Positions 20,605 to 32,429 of a stretch of 64,000 nt of DNA are shown here, one piece after another; positions within the stretch are counted from its first letter, which is position 1, and each line of letters opens with the position of its first letter. Origin of the DNA: an uncultured Chloroflexia bacterium (GTDB lineage Bacteria; Chloroflexota; Anaerolineae; CG2-30-64-16); contig CAWEMM010000014.1 of the NCBI GenBank assembly GCA_963810095.1, positions 96,001 through 160,000 on the forward strand, given 5' to 3'. Below the pieces are notes generated by a model. The model was not told the DNA's origin. It ran no database searches and worked only from the letters and a program-made list of their open reading frames with translations. The translations under genes and the position numbers were made by a program.

Positions 20605-21745
20605 TCAGGCCGTCAACTGTCCGCCGTCAAAACTCGTTTGCGAGCGCTGCCGGTCGGCCTGGCGCTCCATTGCCAGCTCGATGAGCCGCTCCACTAATTC
20701 GGCGTAAGAAATGCCCGTCGCTTCCCACAGCTTCGGATACATGCTGATGGTGGTGAAGCCCGGCATCGTGTTCAGCTCATTCAGATACAACTCGCCCGTG
20801 GTGTCCGACAGCAGGAAATCAACCCGCGCCAGGCCGGCACCGTCGATAGCTTCAAAGGCCCGAACGGCAAGATCACGGATTCGCTCGGTCAACGCGGGCG
20901 CAACCTGCGCCGGAATTCGCAGCGTCGACTTGCCGTCGATGTACTTCGCGGCATAGTCGTAGAACTCGTTCGATGGCACGACCTCGCCCGGCACCGATGC
21001 GATCGGGTTATCGTTTCCCAGCACCGCGCACTCGATTTCGTGCGGCTTGTCCACGGCGCGCTCCACGAGGATACGCCGGTCGTACCGGCCCGCTTCGTCC
21101 AGCGCACGGACCAGCGCCCCTCGGTCGACGGCCTTGCTGATGCCGATGCTCGACCCCAGGTTCGCCGGCTTGACGAACACGGGATACCCCAGCTCTGCCT
21201 CGACAGTCTCGACGATCGTCTGCGGCCCCTTCTCCCAGGCGCTCCGCAGCACGGTGACAAACGGAACCACCGGGATGTCGTGGCTCAGGAGCAAGCGCTT
21301 ACACGCGATCTTGTCCATGGCCACGCTGCTGGCCAGCACGCCGCACCCCACGTAGGGGACGCCGGCCAACTCGAGCAGGCCCTGCAGGGTGCCATCCTCG
21401 CCGTGCGGTCCGTGCAGCACGGGGAACACGACGTCGACCGCGGGGAAGGGCTGCCCCGTCGCGCCCGGGCACCAGGTCGCGCCCGGTCTGGGATTCGCGA
21501 TCCTCGGACCCAACATTGTCGGGCCCGCCCGCACTCAGCAGGGCATGGGGGTCGCCACTCAGCAGCCAACGTCCGCCGCGGGTAATGCCGATGGGCACGA
21601 CCTGATAGCCCTTCTGCTGCAGCACATTCATCACAGAGCGAGCCGAAACGAGCGACACGTCGTGTTCGCCCGACTGCCCGCCGAAAATCACTGCCACGCG
21701 GGTGCCCGCCCTACCGGCCGGTGTCCGCTTGTCTTGCTCGTCCAT
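20605..21745 (-). CDS. ddl: D-alanine-D-alanine ligase (frameshift near 21460)
   Basis: [61 protein letters not shown]. Confidence 0.95.
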
Positions 21746-21779
21746 GGTTAGCTCGTCAGTCAACGGTATCCTGCTATGT

Positions 21780-22763
21780 TTACAGGTTCGATAACGGGTT
21801 TGCCGCCCACTCGCCAAGGAACAGGATTTCGGGAACCAGGCGGATGTCCGTGGCCCGGTACACCTGTTCACGCAGCAAGTTGATCAGCGCAACAACGTCG
21901 GAGGCGGTCGCGCCGCCTGCATTCACGATAAAGTTTGCGTGGCGAGGCGAAACCTGCGCCCCGCCAATCTGATGTCCCTTCAGGCCCAGCGACTCGATGA
22001 GCCGGCCGGCATGATCGCCGGATGGGTTGCGAAAGATGCTGCCCGCACTTGGCTCGACCGGCTGGGTAGCCCGCCGCCGTGCCAGGTACTCATCCGCACG
22101 GCGCTCCAACTCGGCCGCCTCCCCGTGCGGCAGGTCAAACCCGGCCGCCAGCACTGTCGGTTTCGGGTCCCGGTCCGGGTCCTGCAGTTGCTCCTTGAGC
22201 AGGCTGCTGCGATACACGTAGCACAGCTCATCGCGGCCGAACACTTGCCGCCCGCATCCGGCATAGCAAACTGCGGCCCACGCGAGATTGGCCGCCGTAT
22301 CGCTGCCGTGTGCGCCGGCATTGCCAATGACCGCGCCGCCCACCGTGCCCGGCACGCTGACCGCCCACTCGAGCCCCGCCAACCCCTGGCGCAGGGCCCA
22401 GCGAGCGCACCCGGCCAGCAAAACACCGGATTCGGCGACCGTCTGCTCATCTCGGACGGCAGGATGGTTCCAGCGCTTCCGGCACTCGGCGCCCGAGCCC
22501 TGCCAGCGCGCCTGGTTCGCGACCACCAACCCGCGCATGCCCGCGTCGCTGACCAGCATGTTGCTGCCGCCGCCGAGCACCGTCACCGGAATCCCGTGAT
22601 CGAGCGCCACGTCGGGCAGCGCCTCGAGTTGTTCGAGCGTCGTAGCCGCGGCGTACCAGTCTGCCGGGCCGCCGATACGAAACGTGGTATGTTTCGCCAG
22701 CGGCTCATCCCGCAGGAGCTGTACGCCCAAGCTGCGAACCCTCTCCTCGAACGTCACGCCCAT
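21780..22763 (-). CDS. murB: UDP-N-acetylenolpyruvoylglucosamine reductase
   Basis: [52 protein letters not shown]. Confidence 0.96.
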   Translation of the reverse strand: MGVTFEERVRSLGVQLLRDEPLAKHTTFRIGGPADWYAAATTLEQLEALPDVALDHGIPVTVLGGGSNMLVSDAGMRGLVVANQARWQGSGAECRKRWNHPAVRDEQTVAESGVLLAGCARWALRQGLAGLEWAVSVPGTVGGAVIGNAGAHGSDTAANLAWAAVCYAGCGRQVFGRDELCYVYRSSLLKEQLQDPDRDPKPTVLAAGFDLPHGEAAELERRADEYLARRRATQPVEPSAGSIFRNPSGDHAGRLIESLGLKGHQIGGAQVSPRHANFIVNAGGATASDVVALINLLREQVYRATDIRLVPEILFLGEWAANPLSNL

Positions 22764-22785
22764 CTCCGTCCCATTCCCTCTTGCC

Positions 22786-24289
22786 CTACACGAGCCCCTC
22801 GCGCTGGCGCAGCCCGGAGAGCAGCAGCGTGCCCACCAGGTTCCCGTCGCCCGCGCTCATCGTAATCACCACATCGTCCGGCTCGACGCTGGACAGCAGG
22901 GTCTCGACCGCGGCTTCGATCGTGCCCACGTATGCCGCCCCCTCGTGGTCCATCACTTCGAGCAACTGCCGGCTGTGCATCCCCAGGTCGATCTTTTCGC
23001 GGGCGGCATAAATGTCGAGCAGCAGCACCCGATCGGCGTCGTCGAAGCTGTGCTCGTAGTCCTGCAGCAGCGCCTGGGTGCGGCTGTACGTATGCGGCTG
23101 GAACACCGCCCAGATGCGCCGGGTCGGATAGCGCAGGCGAGCCGCGGACAGGGTCGCCGCCACTTCCGTCGGGTGATGGGCGTAATCGTCGATGACAATC
23201 ACGCCGCCGGCCTCGCCAATGTACTCGAAACGCCGGCCCGCGCCGTGAAAGTCGTGCAGCATCTTGACAGCCAGCCGGGGCTTGATGTGATGCCAGTTTG
23301 CTACGGCCAGCGCGGCCAGCGCATTGCGTACGTTGTGCCGGCCGGGGACAGGCAGCGACAGGTCTGCCACGTGCTCGCCGTCGTACCACACCTCGGCGTC
23401 AAAACCACCCTGCGCGTTCTGCGACAGGCTGCGGGCCTGCCACGCTGCTTCATCGGCCAGACCGTAGGTCTCGACCTTCACGCCCTCGACCACCGCATCG
23501 CGCAGGTCCAGCGCGCCCGGGTCGTCGGCGCACACAACCAGCATGCCTTCCGGCGGGATTTGACCGACGAACTTGCGGAACGCCTCGTCGAAGGCAGCCG
23601 GCGTCGGGTAGCAATCGACGTGATCCCATTCGACGTTCGTCACCACGCCCACCTCGAGCTCCAGCCCGAGGAACATGCCATCGTACTCGTCGGCCTCGAT
23701 CACGAAAGGACCCTTGCCCGCCCACGACGAGATGTTGGCAAAGGCCGCCATCCCCTCTGCGGGGCCCAGCGACAGCCGGCCGCCGACGATGATGCTGGGA
23801 TCGAGGCCCGCACGCAGCAGGATAATCGCCGTCATGCTGGTCGTCGTCGTTTTGCCGTGCGTGCCGGCCACGCCGATGCCGTGCTGCCCGCGCATCAGCG
23901 GCCCCAACAGTTGGCTGCGCTTGACCACCGGGATGCCGGCCGCCTCGGCCGCATCCACTTCCGGGTTGCCCTCGGGCACGGCAGAGGAAATCAGGACGAT
24001 GTCGGCCCCGGCCACGTTTTCGGCGTGATGGCCCCGGTAGACCGTAACGCCGCGCTTGGCCAGCGCGTCGGTCATTTCATTCGGGCGCTGATCCGAGCCC
24101 GTCACCCGGTAACCCCGCTCCAGCAGGAAGCCGGCAATGGCAGACAGCCCCGAGCCGCCAATGCCCACCAGGTGAAAGCGCACCGACGCCACATCGGGCC
24201 GCTGCAGCAGGGCAACCCATGACGGATCGACAGCGCGCCGGACCCCGACGCCCGTATGGGCTGCGCTCGTTCTCAGGTTGCTCGTTCAT
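22786..24289 (-). CDS. murC: UDP-N-acetylmuramate-L-alanine ligase (start uncertain: 24289 via a frameshift, or 24192)
   Basis: HLVGIGGSGLSAIA, GTHGKTTTT, IEADEYD, DDYAHHPTE, FQPHTYSRT. Confidence 0.95.
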
Positions 24290-24793
24290 TTCCATACCCT
24301 GGCAATTAGGAGTAAGACCGCCAGCCCAATGAAGTAAGGCCAACTGAAGACAGCCGGCGGCAGCAGCTTCACCAGGACTTCGTAGGTCGGCGTGTACGTC
24401 TGCGCGACGTTGAGGCCGGGCCACCCCGCCTGCTGCAAATAATACCATATGCTTCCGGCGAACAGCCAACCGTTCAGCAGGCCCGATGCCGAAGTTGAAG
24501 AACGGTTTGCTGCCCGAGCCAGGGAAAGCCAGCGTATTGCCCTGGTACGAGATAAAGGTCATGACGAGCAGAAAGAGCACCATGATCCAGGGGAAGAGGA
24601 CCGTTGCCTGGCTGGTGATAAGCCCCAATGCAGACTGGACGACGGCCGAATAGCGTTCATTGATAAACTCAAGCACGAAGAGCGCGATCAAGAGCATGAT
24701 CGTGACGCCGAGTTCCTTGGCGTACCCGCGCACGAAGGCAATCGCGATAAAAATCGCGATCACGATAAAGAAGGTGATTTCGACAGGTCCCAC
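24286..24793 (-). CDS. Small multi-pass membrane protein, CvpA-like (frameshift near 24482)
   Basis: MGPVEITFFIVIAIFIAIAFVRGYAKELGV..., then GLLNGWLFAGSIWYYL...LLLIARVWK* after joining; stop overlaps the murC ATG. Confidence 0.65.
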
Positions 24794-24798
24794 GCGTC

Positions 24799-25466
24799 CT
24801 ATCCCTTCTTCGCACCGCGGTTGAGGCTCGCGCTGCAACCAAGAGGAAGAGCGCGACGATGATGCCCAGGAAGGCCGTGATCAGCCCCTGGTTCGCCAGG
24901 TTGTTCAGGAACAGCAAGAGGCGATCCCACAGCGACGGGCCGGACGCGCCGGGCGTGATCACGACCGGGCCGGCCGGAGTCGCCGGGCCAAAGGCGAAAG
25001 GCAGCGGCACGAGCGCCGCGTATTCCGGCGCGATTGCCAGAACGACCATTGCCGCCACGAAGTAGCCGGCGACGAGACCGATAAATAGGCCCAGCAGCGA
25101 GCGTTTCGGAATGAACCACTTCGCACCGCTGACCAGCACGGCGATCAGAACGACGGTGACGAAGATCAGGCCAAGCACGAGGTACTTGACTGCGTCGGTG
25201 ACGAGCGGCGGCGTATCCTTGAGGGATGCGATCGCCTCATCGGCGCTGCCCGAGCCCGCCAGCGCGCTCAGCCCTCCCGAAAGCAGGAATTGAAAGCCCT
25301 TGGCGAACGCGTTGATGTACTTGACGATCGTATCGCCTAATGCGCCGGTGACCGCGATGGCCAGGATGGTCATGATCAGGATGAAGAGGGCCGCGCGCCA
25401 GCCTCGGAGATATCCGATCACGCCAAAGATGGCCATCGTGCCGGCCAGGATAAACAGCCAGGTCAT
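24799..25466 (-). CDS. Multi-pass membrane protein, CvpA-like (frameshift near 24835)
   Basis: MTWLFILAGTMAIFGVIGYLRGWRAALF..., RSLLGLFIGLVAGY; about 5 hydrophobic segments; ATG overlaps the murG stop. Confidence 0.65.
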
Positions 25467-26831
25467 TTCGCCGTCTTCTCCGCTTCACTTGCACCGGCGA
25501 GTCCACTTGCCAGCGCAAGCAGCTGCGCCGCAATGTTCGCCGCTGCATCGGGCCGGGCCAGCGCCGCGGCGGCTGCAGACATCGCCTGGAGCCGCTCGGG
25601 GTGGCCCAACAGGTCGAGCAGCACCGGCTTGAGCCGGGCCGCCAGGTCCCTGTCCGCAATCACCACTGCCGCGCCCCGTTCCGCTAGATAGCGGGCGTTT
25701 GCGTCCTGGTGCTGCCCGGCGTAGGGATAGGGAACCAGGACGGCGGGAAGCTTGGCCGCCGGGAACTCGCCCAGCGTCGCTGCACCGGCTCGAGCCACGA
25801 CGAGATCCGCGGCGACGAGCGCATGAACCATATCGTGCATATAAGCATACGGATGGTAGCGTACCAAAGCATCCGCGTCGACTTGCCCCCTTTGCACCGC
25901 TTGCTGCAGCGCGGCCTCCGCGGCCGTGGCCGCGTTCTCCCAGTCGTGCTGGCCGGTCACGTGAACCACCTGGCAGAGCGGGAGAAGCTCGGGCAGCGCC
26001 TCGATGAGCGCCCGGTTGATGCTGCGCGCGCCCCGGCTCCCACCGAAGACGAGCAACACGGGCAGGTCGGCCCGCAAGCCCAGCGCGGCCCATGCCTCGT
26101 GTTTCTCCGTCGTGAACAGGTCCTCCCGCACGGGATAGCCCGGTCACCACGGCCTTCTGGCCGAAGAAGTGCGCCACCTCGGGAAACGAGACGGCGACCT
26201 TCCGGGCTAGGTAGCTCGTGGCCTGGATGGCCCGGCCCGGCGTCAGGTCGGGCAGGTAGATCATCAGGGGCACCCGCGGCCGGGCCCGATAGGCGGCCCA
26301 TGCCACCGGCGCTGCAACGTACCCGCCGGTCATGAACACCGCGTCGGGCTGCCACGCCCTGATCAGGGCCGCCGTCTCTTGCGCGCCCGCGCGCCATCTT
26401 CGCCAGGTTGCCGGCCGCGGTCCACAGCGCCCGGCCGCGGATCTGGCCCGTCGCAACGGGCGTGAATGGGAGACCTGCCCGCTCGGCTAACATCTGCTCC
26501 ATGCCCCCGGCCTCGCCCACGTAGCGAAACTCAACCTGCCCGATTCCCGGCCTCCTCCGGCTCCAGGCATGCCTGGGATCGAGAAAGGGGAATCGGGCCC
26601 GGTGAGCGCGCCGGCCGGACTTGCGTTAGGCGCGGCGGACTTTGTCGTTGGGCGGCTGGCGGTTGGGCCGGCGGACCGGGGTGTTTCGCCCGGGCGTCGT
26701 GCGTCCGCGTGACCGTCCTGCCGGTGGCTGCCGGGTTCCGGGGTCGCGACGACCTGCCGGATCGCGGAGAGTACCGCCAAGACGGGGTAGACGTGGCCGC
26801 CAGTCCCTCCCCCCGATAGCAAAATACGCAT
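25463..26831 (-). CDS. murG: Undecaprenyl-PP-MurNAc-pentapeptide GlcNAc transferase (several frameshifts, N-terminal insertion)
   Basis: MRILLSGGGTGGHVYP, MTGGYVAAP, LVFGGSRGARSIN, ARAGAATLGE, HQDANA. Confidence 0.93.
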
Positions 26832-27970
26832 TCGGCGACTTTTTCTCCTTAGCAGAGCGCGAGATGCTCAGCAGCAAACCAACAGCGATCATGCACGACA
26901 CCAGCGACGAACCTCCGTAGGACATGAATGGTAAAGGCTGTCCCGTAGCTGGGAAGAGTGTCAAGGAGGCGCCCATATGGATGCCCGCCTGCGCGAGAAT
27001 CCAGGCGGTCAGACCCACCGCAAGCAGCGACCCGAAGCGCGTGTCGGCATTCAGCGCAATCGCAATGGCCCGATAGCCGAACCAGCAGAACAGCGCGACC
27101 ACGGCGATCATGCCGAAGATCGTGAAGTCGGCGCCGATGTTCGCGAAGAGGAAATCGCTCCACAGGCCGAAGACGTGCGCTTTGGTCTGCCACACGGCCG
27201 GGTCGACGCCAATGCCGCGGCCCGCCCGGATCAGCTCGGTCATGTTGACCAGGTCTGCCGTCGCCTTCTCGGGCGCAAACCACAGGTTGTACCAGTTCTG
27301 AAAGCGGCCGAGCGGGTAGGCGAACTTCACCATCGCGAACGCGACGATGGGCGCTCCGATCGCGCCGAGCAACAGGAGCTGCTTGAATGCGCCGCCGCCC
27401 ACGAAGTAGATGGCCAGCCCGGTCATCAGGACGATCATGGTCACGCTAAGGCTTTTCTCTGCGACGATCAGCCCGGCCACCAGCCCGACGATGATCGCAA
27501 AGGGGAAGAAACCTTCCTTGAAATCCGACACCTTGCGGCCGCGGGCTGCCACCCAGGCCGCCACATAGATCGCGACGCCCACCTTGGCCAACTCGCTCGG
27601 CTGGAAGCTGGAGCCCGTGAAGGTGCGCTTGCCGCCAAACTCGCTCTCCTGGCCGAAGATCAGCACCGCCACCAGGATCAGGATCGTGAAAGAGCATGAT
27701 CGGGATCGCGATCTTCTGCCAGAACCGGTAGGGCACCATGGCCACGGCGAAACAGGTCAGCAGACCCAGCACGACCCACTTGGTCTGTGCCAGGAAGAAC
27801 TGCGTGCCCACCTTCGCAAAGCTGGCACTGAACACCATCACCAATCCGACCAGGAGCAGGGTCGCCACGACCGCGATCAGCTGGTAGTCCATGTTTGCCA
27901 GCGCGTTCTGGATCGCCGCCCAAATCGACGTCCGTTCCTTTGCAGTTCGACCCGCAGCCTGAGCACTCAT
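26626..27970 (-). CDS. ftsW: SEDS family peptidoglycan polymerase FtsW (frameshift near 27690)
   Basis: GLVMVFSAS, SFQPSELAK, SDFLFA, PATGQPLPFMSYGGSS. Confidence 0.93.
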
Positions 27971-29425
27971 GGTAGTGCCTCCACCAACTCACGGAAGTGC
28001 TGCCCCCGCGCAGCAAAGTCGACATAAGCGTCAAAGCTGGTGCCGCCGGGCGCCAGAAGCACCACATCTCCCGGCTGCGCCGCCCTTGCTGCTGCGACGA
28101 CTGCAGCAGGCAAGTCGGCGGCTTGCTCGACGACGGGCCCTGCGCCGAGTTGGGTGTGGGCCTCGGCAATTGCCGCCCGGATCAGCCCGGCCGCTTCGCC
28201 GAAGACTACCACCTCGCGTACCTTGCGGGCGCAGATCTCGCGCGCACACTCGCCCCAGGGCAGGTGCTTGTCGCGGCCGCCCAGCAGCAGGACGAGCGGC
28301 TCGCTGAACGAGCGGATTGCCGCTACCGTGCGCTCGGGCGCCGTCGCGATCGAGTCGTTGACCCAGGTCACGCGGCGGCGCTCCGCCACGATCTCGAGCC
28401 GGTGCTCGACTCCGGCGAACGAAGTTGCGACGGCCGCAATCGCGGCGACAGGCGCGCCGGCCGCCGAACTCAGGCAGGCCGCGGCCAGAATGTTCGCCAG
28501 GTTATGCCGGCCGCGCAGGCGTACATCCTGGATCGAGCAAATGACCTCGTCGCCGCGGCCCGGTTGGTGCAAGACCAGTTCGTCGCCCGAGATGAAGGCG
28601 CCGCCCGGAAGTCTGCGCTCGAGGCTGAAGCCTTCCGTGGCGGCCTGAAGCGGGAAATAAACCTCTTCCTGGCCCTCGCCCGCGTCGATGTGGACCCGTC
28701 CCGACGCAAGCCAGGCGGCCGTGTAGCCGTCGTCCGCGCTCAGGATCGCCACATCGCTGCGCTCCTGGAAGCGCAGGATGTTGGCCTTCGCGGCCGCGTA
28801 GTGCGACATGGACGGGTGCCGGTCCAGGTGGTTGGGGGTGATGTTCAGCACCGCGGCAATGGCCGGGCTGCGGTCCATCAGCTCGAGCTGGAAGCTCGAC
28901 AACTCCATGACCACCTTGTCGCCCCGCTGAATCTCGGCCAGCCGGTCGATGAGCGGCGTGCCGATGTTTCCCCCACGTGCACCCGGTAGCCCGCGCGCTC
29001 GAGAATGAGGCCGGTGAGCGTCGTGGTCGTGGTCTTGCCGGCCGAGCCCGTGATGCCCACCACCGGGGCGGGACAGTGGCGCAGGGTCAGCGCCCCGTCG
29101 TTGGTCAGGGGGATGCCCCGGCGTCGCGCCTCTTCGGCAATAGGGATGGCCGGGGAGACGCCGCCACTGAGCAGCAGGAGGTCGGTCTGGTCGAGGAGGC
29201 TCAGCGGGTGGCCGCCGAGTGCAAATTGCGGCTCGGGCACGCCGTTCTCGCCGCGAACTGGACGAGGGATGCGATCGCACCGGCAAGCTGCTCGGCCGTG
29301 CGCTGGTCGCTGAGTGTCACGCCGGCGCCCGCGGCCAACAGGAAGCGCGCGACCGCCAGCCCTTGGCGTGCCATGCCCAGGACCGTCGTCCGCATCCCCA
29401 TGTAACCGGTGCCGTTGCGCTTCAA
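27967..29425 (-). CDS. murD: UDP-MurNAc-L-Ala-D-glutamate ligase (frameshifts near 29250 and 28975)
   Basis: [58 protein letters not shown]. Confidence 0.94.
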
Positions 29426-29435
29426 GTCTTCGCCC

Positions 29436-29807
29436 CTAAGATGAGTCCACTGTCCAACCTGCTGCACCGGCCCACTCGCCGGCCATGCGTTCCGCCTGCG
29501 CAGGAGTCATCGCCCAGGATTGGTATGTCAGCGACACGTATGCGCCGTTCTCGGAAAGCGTGCCATCTTCGTAAGTGTCCAACGGCAGCGGGGTCAGCTC
29601 GACCACCACCCCATGGACCTTGGCCGTTCCGTGCGCCGTCTCCTCCGCGCTCGATGGGCCCGCCACCAACGCCACCGCCCGGCTCGCTCCGCCGAACGCG
29701 ATCGCCATGGCCGACTCCACGTTGCCTACAGCCAGCGCCGCATCGATCTGCGCCTCAAGTGGGCTCAGCATGTCGAGTGCGCTCTGCCAGTCGTGTGCGT
29801 CGGTCAT
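29436..29807 (-). CDS. Hypothetical acidic protein inside the dcw cluster
   Basis: Co-oriented ORF filling the mraY-murD gap, RBS AAGGA before ATG; no family recognised. Confidence 0.6.
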   Translation of the reverse strand: MTDAHDWQSALDMLSPLEAQIDAALAVGNVESAMAIAFGGASRAVALVAGPSSAEETAHGTAKVHGVVVELTPLPLDTYEDGTLSENGAYVSLTYQSWAMTPAQAERMAGEWAGAAGWTVDSS

Positions 29808-29838
29808 GATGTTCCTTCGGACGCGTCGCGCCAAGGCG

Positions 29839-30909
29839 CTATAACAGCGCCAGCGCGACGCCGATCATCCCGGCCAAAATGCTGATCAGGAAGAAGCGCC
29901 ACACGATGTGGGTCTCCGACCAGCCGAGCAGTTCAAAGTGATGGTGCAGCGGCGCCATCTTGAAGATGCGCTTGCCCACCCCCGTGCGCTTCTTCGTCCA
30001 CTTGAAGTAGCTCACCTGCATCACATCCGATGCGGCTTCGGCCACAAAGACCAGGCCGACGATGGGCAGGATGAGCCACTGGCCTGTCATCAGCGCAACG
30101 ACTGCCAGCGTCGCGCCCAGCGCCAGCGCGCCCGTGTCGCCCATGAACAGCTGGGCGGGGTGCGAGTTGTACCACAGAAAAGCGAACAACGCGCCGACCA
30201 TCGCAAAGCAGAACGAGCTCAGCGGGTACTGGCCCTGAAGATTGGCGATGATGCCGTACGCGGCAAACGCCACCGCCGAGGTGGATCCGGCCAGCCCGTC
30301 CAGCCCGTCGGTCAGGTTCACCGCGTTCGACATGGCCACGATCACGAAAACCGCGGCCGGGATGTAAAGGAGCCCCAGGTTGACGCGTTGGGCGACACCC
30401 GGGATGCCGACGCTCTGCAGGTCGAGAAAGAAATACAGGCCGACGGCCGCCGCCAGCGCCAGCAGCACCTGGTAGGACGCCTTGATCCGCGCGATCAGCC
30501 CCTGGCCGTCCGAGCGCTTGCCATGGATGCCGGCCCAATCGTCGCGGGCGCCCAACAGGCTGAAGCCAATGAGCACGAGGAGCGGCAGCAGGATCGACTT
30601 GCCGATCAGTGGGCTGCCCTCGGCGAAGTTAAAGAGCCGCAGGACCGCCTTCCCCCAGCCCACGCCGCTCAGCAGGTTCGCGAGGTTCAGGACGACCGTG
30701 ATAAAGAACACCGGCACCAGGAACAGGAATCCGCCCATCGTCGGGGTGCCCATCTTGGTCTGGTGGCCCGAGGGTCCCTCGATCCGGATTTGCTTGCCAA
30801 TGCCCTTCTTCTTAAGCAGGTTGATGAACGGCCGCCCCCAGACGACCGCCAGCAGGAACGACACGGTCGCCAGGCCAAGCGCAAAAGGCATTGGTAGATG
30901 CTCGATCAT
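29839..30909 (-). CDS. mraY: Phospho-N-acetylmuramoyl-pentapeptide transferase
   Basis: KMGTPTMGG, NAVNLTDGLDGLA, FMGDTG, FKMAPLHHHFE. Confidence 0.97.
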   Translation of the reverse strand: MIEHLPMPFALGLATVSFLLAVVWGRPFINLLKKKGIGKQIRIEGPSGHQTKMGTPTMGGFLFLVPVFFITVVLNLANLLSGVGWGKAVLRLFNFAEGSPLIGKSILLPLLVLIGFSLLGARDDWAGIHGKRSDGQGLIARIKASYQVLLALAAAVGLYFFLDLQSVGIPGVAQRVNLGLLYIPAAVFVIVAMSNAVNLTDGLDGLAGSTSAVAFAAYGIIANLQGQYPLSSFCFAMVGALFAFLWYNSHPAQLFMGDTGALALGATLAVVALMTGQWLILPIVGLVFVAEAASDVMQVSYFKWTKKRTGVGKRIFKMAPLHHHFELLGWSETHIVWRFFLISILAGMIGVALALL

Positions 30910-30916
30910 GAATGCC

Positions 30917-32422
30917 TCATGCTTGCTTGACTCCCAGCGGCGCACCGCCTTCGCGGCGGGAAAGCGCATCCACGATGGTCTCCATCCCGGCGACCCGCGA
31001 GCCCTTAATCAGCAGGACGTCGCCCGGCCGCATCAGCCCCTGGAGAATGCCGATCGCGTCCGTGTTCGTCTCGACCGGGTAGACCTCGGCCGTCTTCATG
31101 CCAGACGCCAGCGCCTCCTCCGCGATCCAGCGTGCTAGCCGGCCGACTGTGATCAGCTTGTCGACCACCTGCGCGGCGCGGCCTCCCACCAACCGGTGGC
31201 CCGCCTGCTCGTAGGCGCCCAGCTCGTACATGTCGCCCAATACCGCAATTGCCCGATGGCTGCTGTTGGCGATGTCGCGCAGCAGGTTGAGTGCGGCGAG
31301 CGTCGAGTCAGGGCTGGCGTTGTAGGTGTCGTCGATAATCGTCGTCTCGCGCAGCCCGGGCACCACCATCAGGCGCAGTTGCCCGCGGACGTCCTGCAGC
31401 CCGTGGACGATCTCGTCCCAGCTCAAGCCATCCACGAGGCCGGCGGCCGCGGCTCGCAGCGCAGTGTGCACGCTGTGCCGGCCGAGCAGGGGCAGGTGAA
31501 TATGGTACACCTGGCCCGCCTGGTGGCACCGGAAGTGAATGCCCTCGAGCCCGCCGCTCTCAATCTCGTCGGCCCACAGGTCGGCCTCCGGATGCAAGCC
31601 GTACGAGAAGACGCGTGCCCGGGTAATCCCTGCCATGGCCCAGACGAGCGGATCGTCGCGGTTGAGGATCGCGACGCCCCCGTCTTCGGCCGGCGGCAGC
31701 GCCAACGGCAGCTCGGATTTCGCCTGGGCGATGCGCTCGATCGCGCCGAGCCGTTCGAGGTGCACGGGGCCCACATTCGTCACGACGCCCACCCGCGGCC
31801 GCGCCCATTCGCACAACTGCCGGATCTCGCCCAGCGCATACATGCCCATCTCGAGCACGGCCCGCTCGTGTTCCCTCCGCAGGCGGAGCAGTGTCAGCGG
31901 CAGCCCGATCTCGTTATTCTGGTTGCCTTCGCTGCGCAGCGTCATGTAGCGCGTGGCAAGCACGTTCGCCAGTGTTTCCTTGGTCGTGCTCTTGCCCACG
32001 CTGCCGGTGATGCCGGTCGTCACGACGGGCAGGGTCGCACGCCAGGCGGCGGCGAGCGATTGGAGCGCCTTCAGACTGTCTGGCGCGACAAAGATCACCG
32101 GTGGCAGTCCGTGCTCGTGAGCCTGTTCCCCATCGCGCGTTTCAATCCTGCCGTCCGGCCAGACACACAGGCAGCTCTTCACCCCCGCCAGCCCGCGCGC
32201 TTCGGCGAGCGCACCCACCGCGCCGGCCGCAAATGCTTTGTCGAGATACAGGTTCCCATCGGTCCGCTCGCCGCGCAGCCCCACGAAGAAGTCGCCCTTG
32301 GCCACTGCGCGCGAGTCGACCACCGTGTTCCCGATCGGACGCGCGGCCTGTTCGGCCGGCAGGGTCACCCCGAACAGCAGTGCAGCGACATCGCCCAGGG
32401 TCAGGGGTGTCATCGAAGTCAT
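30917..32422 (-). CDS. murF: UDP-MurNAc-tripeptide-D-Ala-D-Ala ligase
   Basis: VDSR, GITGSVGKSTTKE, NNEIGLPLTL, LEMGM, DDTYNASP, LGDMYELG, KGSR. Confidence 0.95.
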   Translation of the reverse strand: MTSMTPLTLGDVAALLFGVTLPAEQAARPIGNTVVDSRAVAKGDFFVGLRGERTDGNLYLDKAFAAGAVGALAEARGLAGVKSCLCVWPDGRIETRDGEQAHEHGLPPVIFVAPDSLKALQSLAAAWRATLPVVTTGITGSVGKSTTKETLANVLATRYMTLRSEGNQNNEIGLPLTLLRLRREHERAVLEMGMYALGEIRQLCEWARPRVGVVTNVGPVHLERLGAIERIAQAKSELPLALPPAEDGGVAILNRDDPLVWAMAGITRARVFSYGLHPEADLWADEIESGGLEGIHFRCHQAGQVYHIHLPLLGRHSVHTALRAAAAGLVDGLSWDEIVHGLQDVRGQLRLMVVPGLRETTIIDDTYNASPDSTLAALNLLRDIANSSHRAIAVLGDMYELGAYEQAGHRLVGGRAAQVVDKLITVGRLARWIAEEALASGMKTAEVYPVETNTDAIGILQGLMRPGDVLLIKGSRVAGMETIVDALSRREGGAPLGVKQA

Positions 32423-32429
32423 CGGCCGC

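Noticed and set aside
26520-26628. FtsW-MurG fusion by stop readthrough (same frame beyond the TAA)
   Set aside because: Such a product would lack the essential MurG GGGTGGH motif, which is in the other frame; an indel error explains the frame match better.
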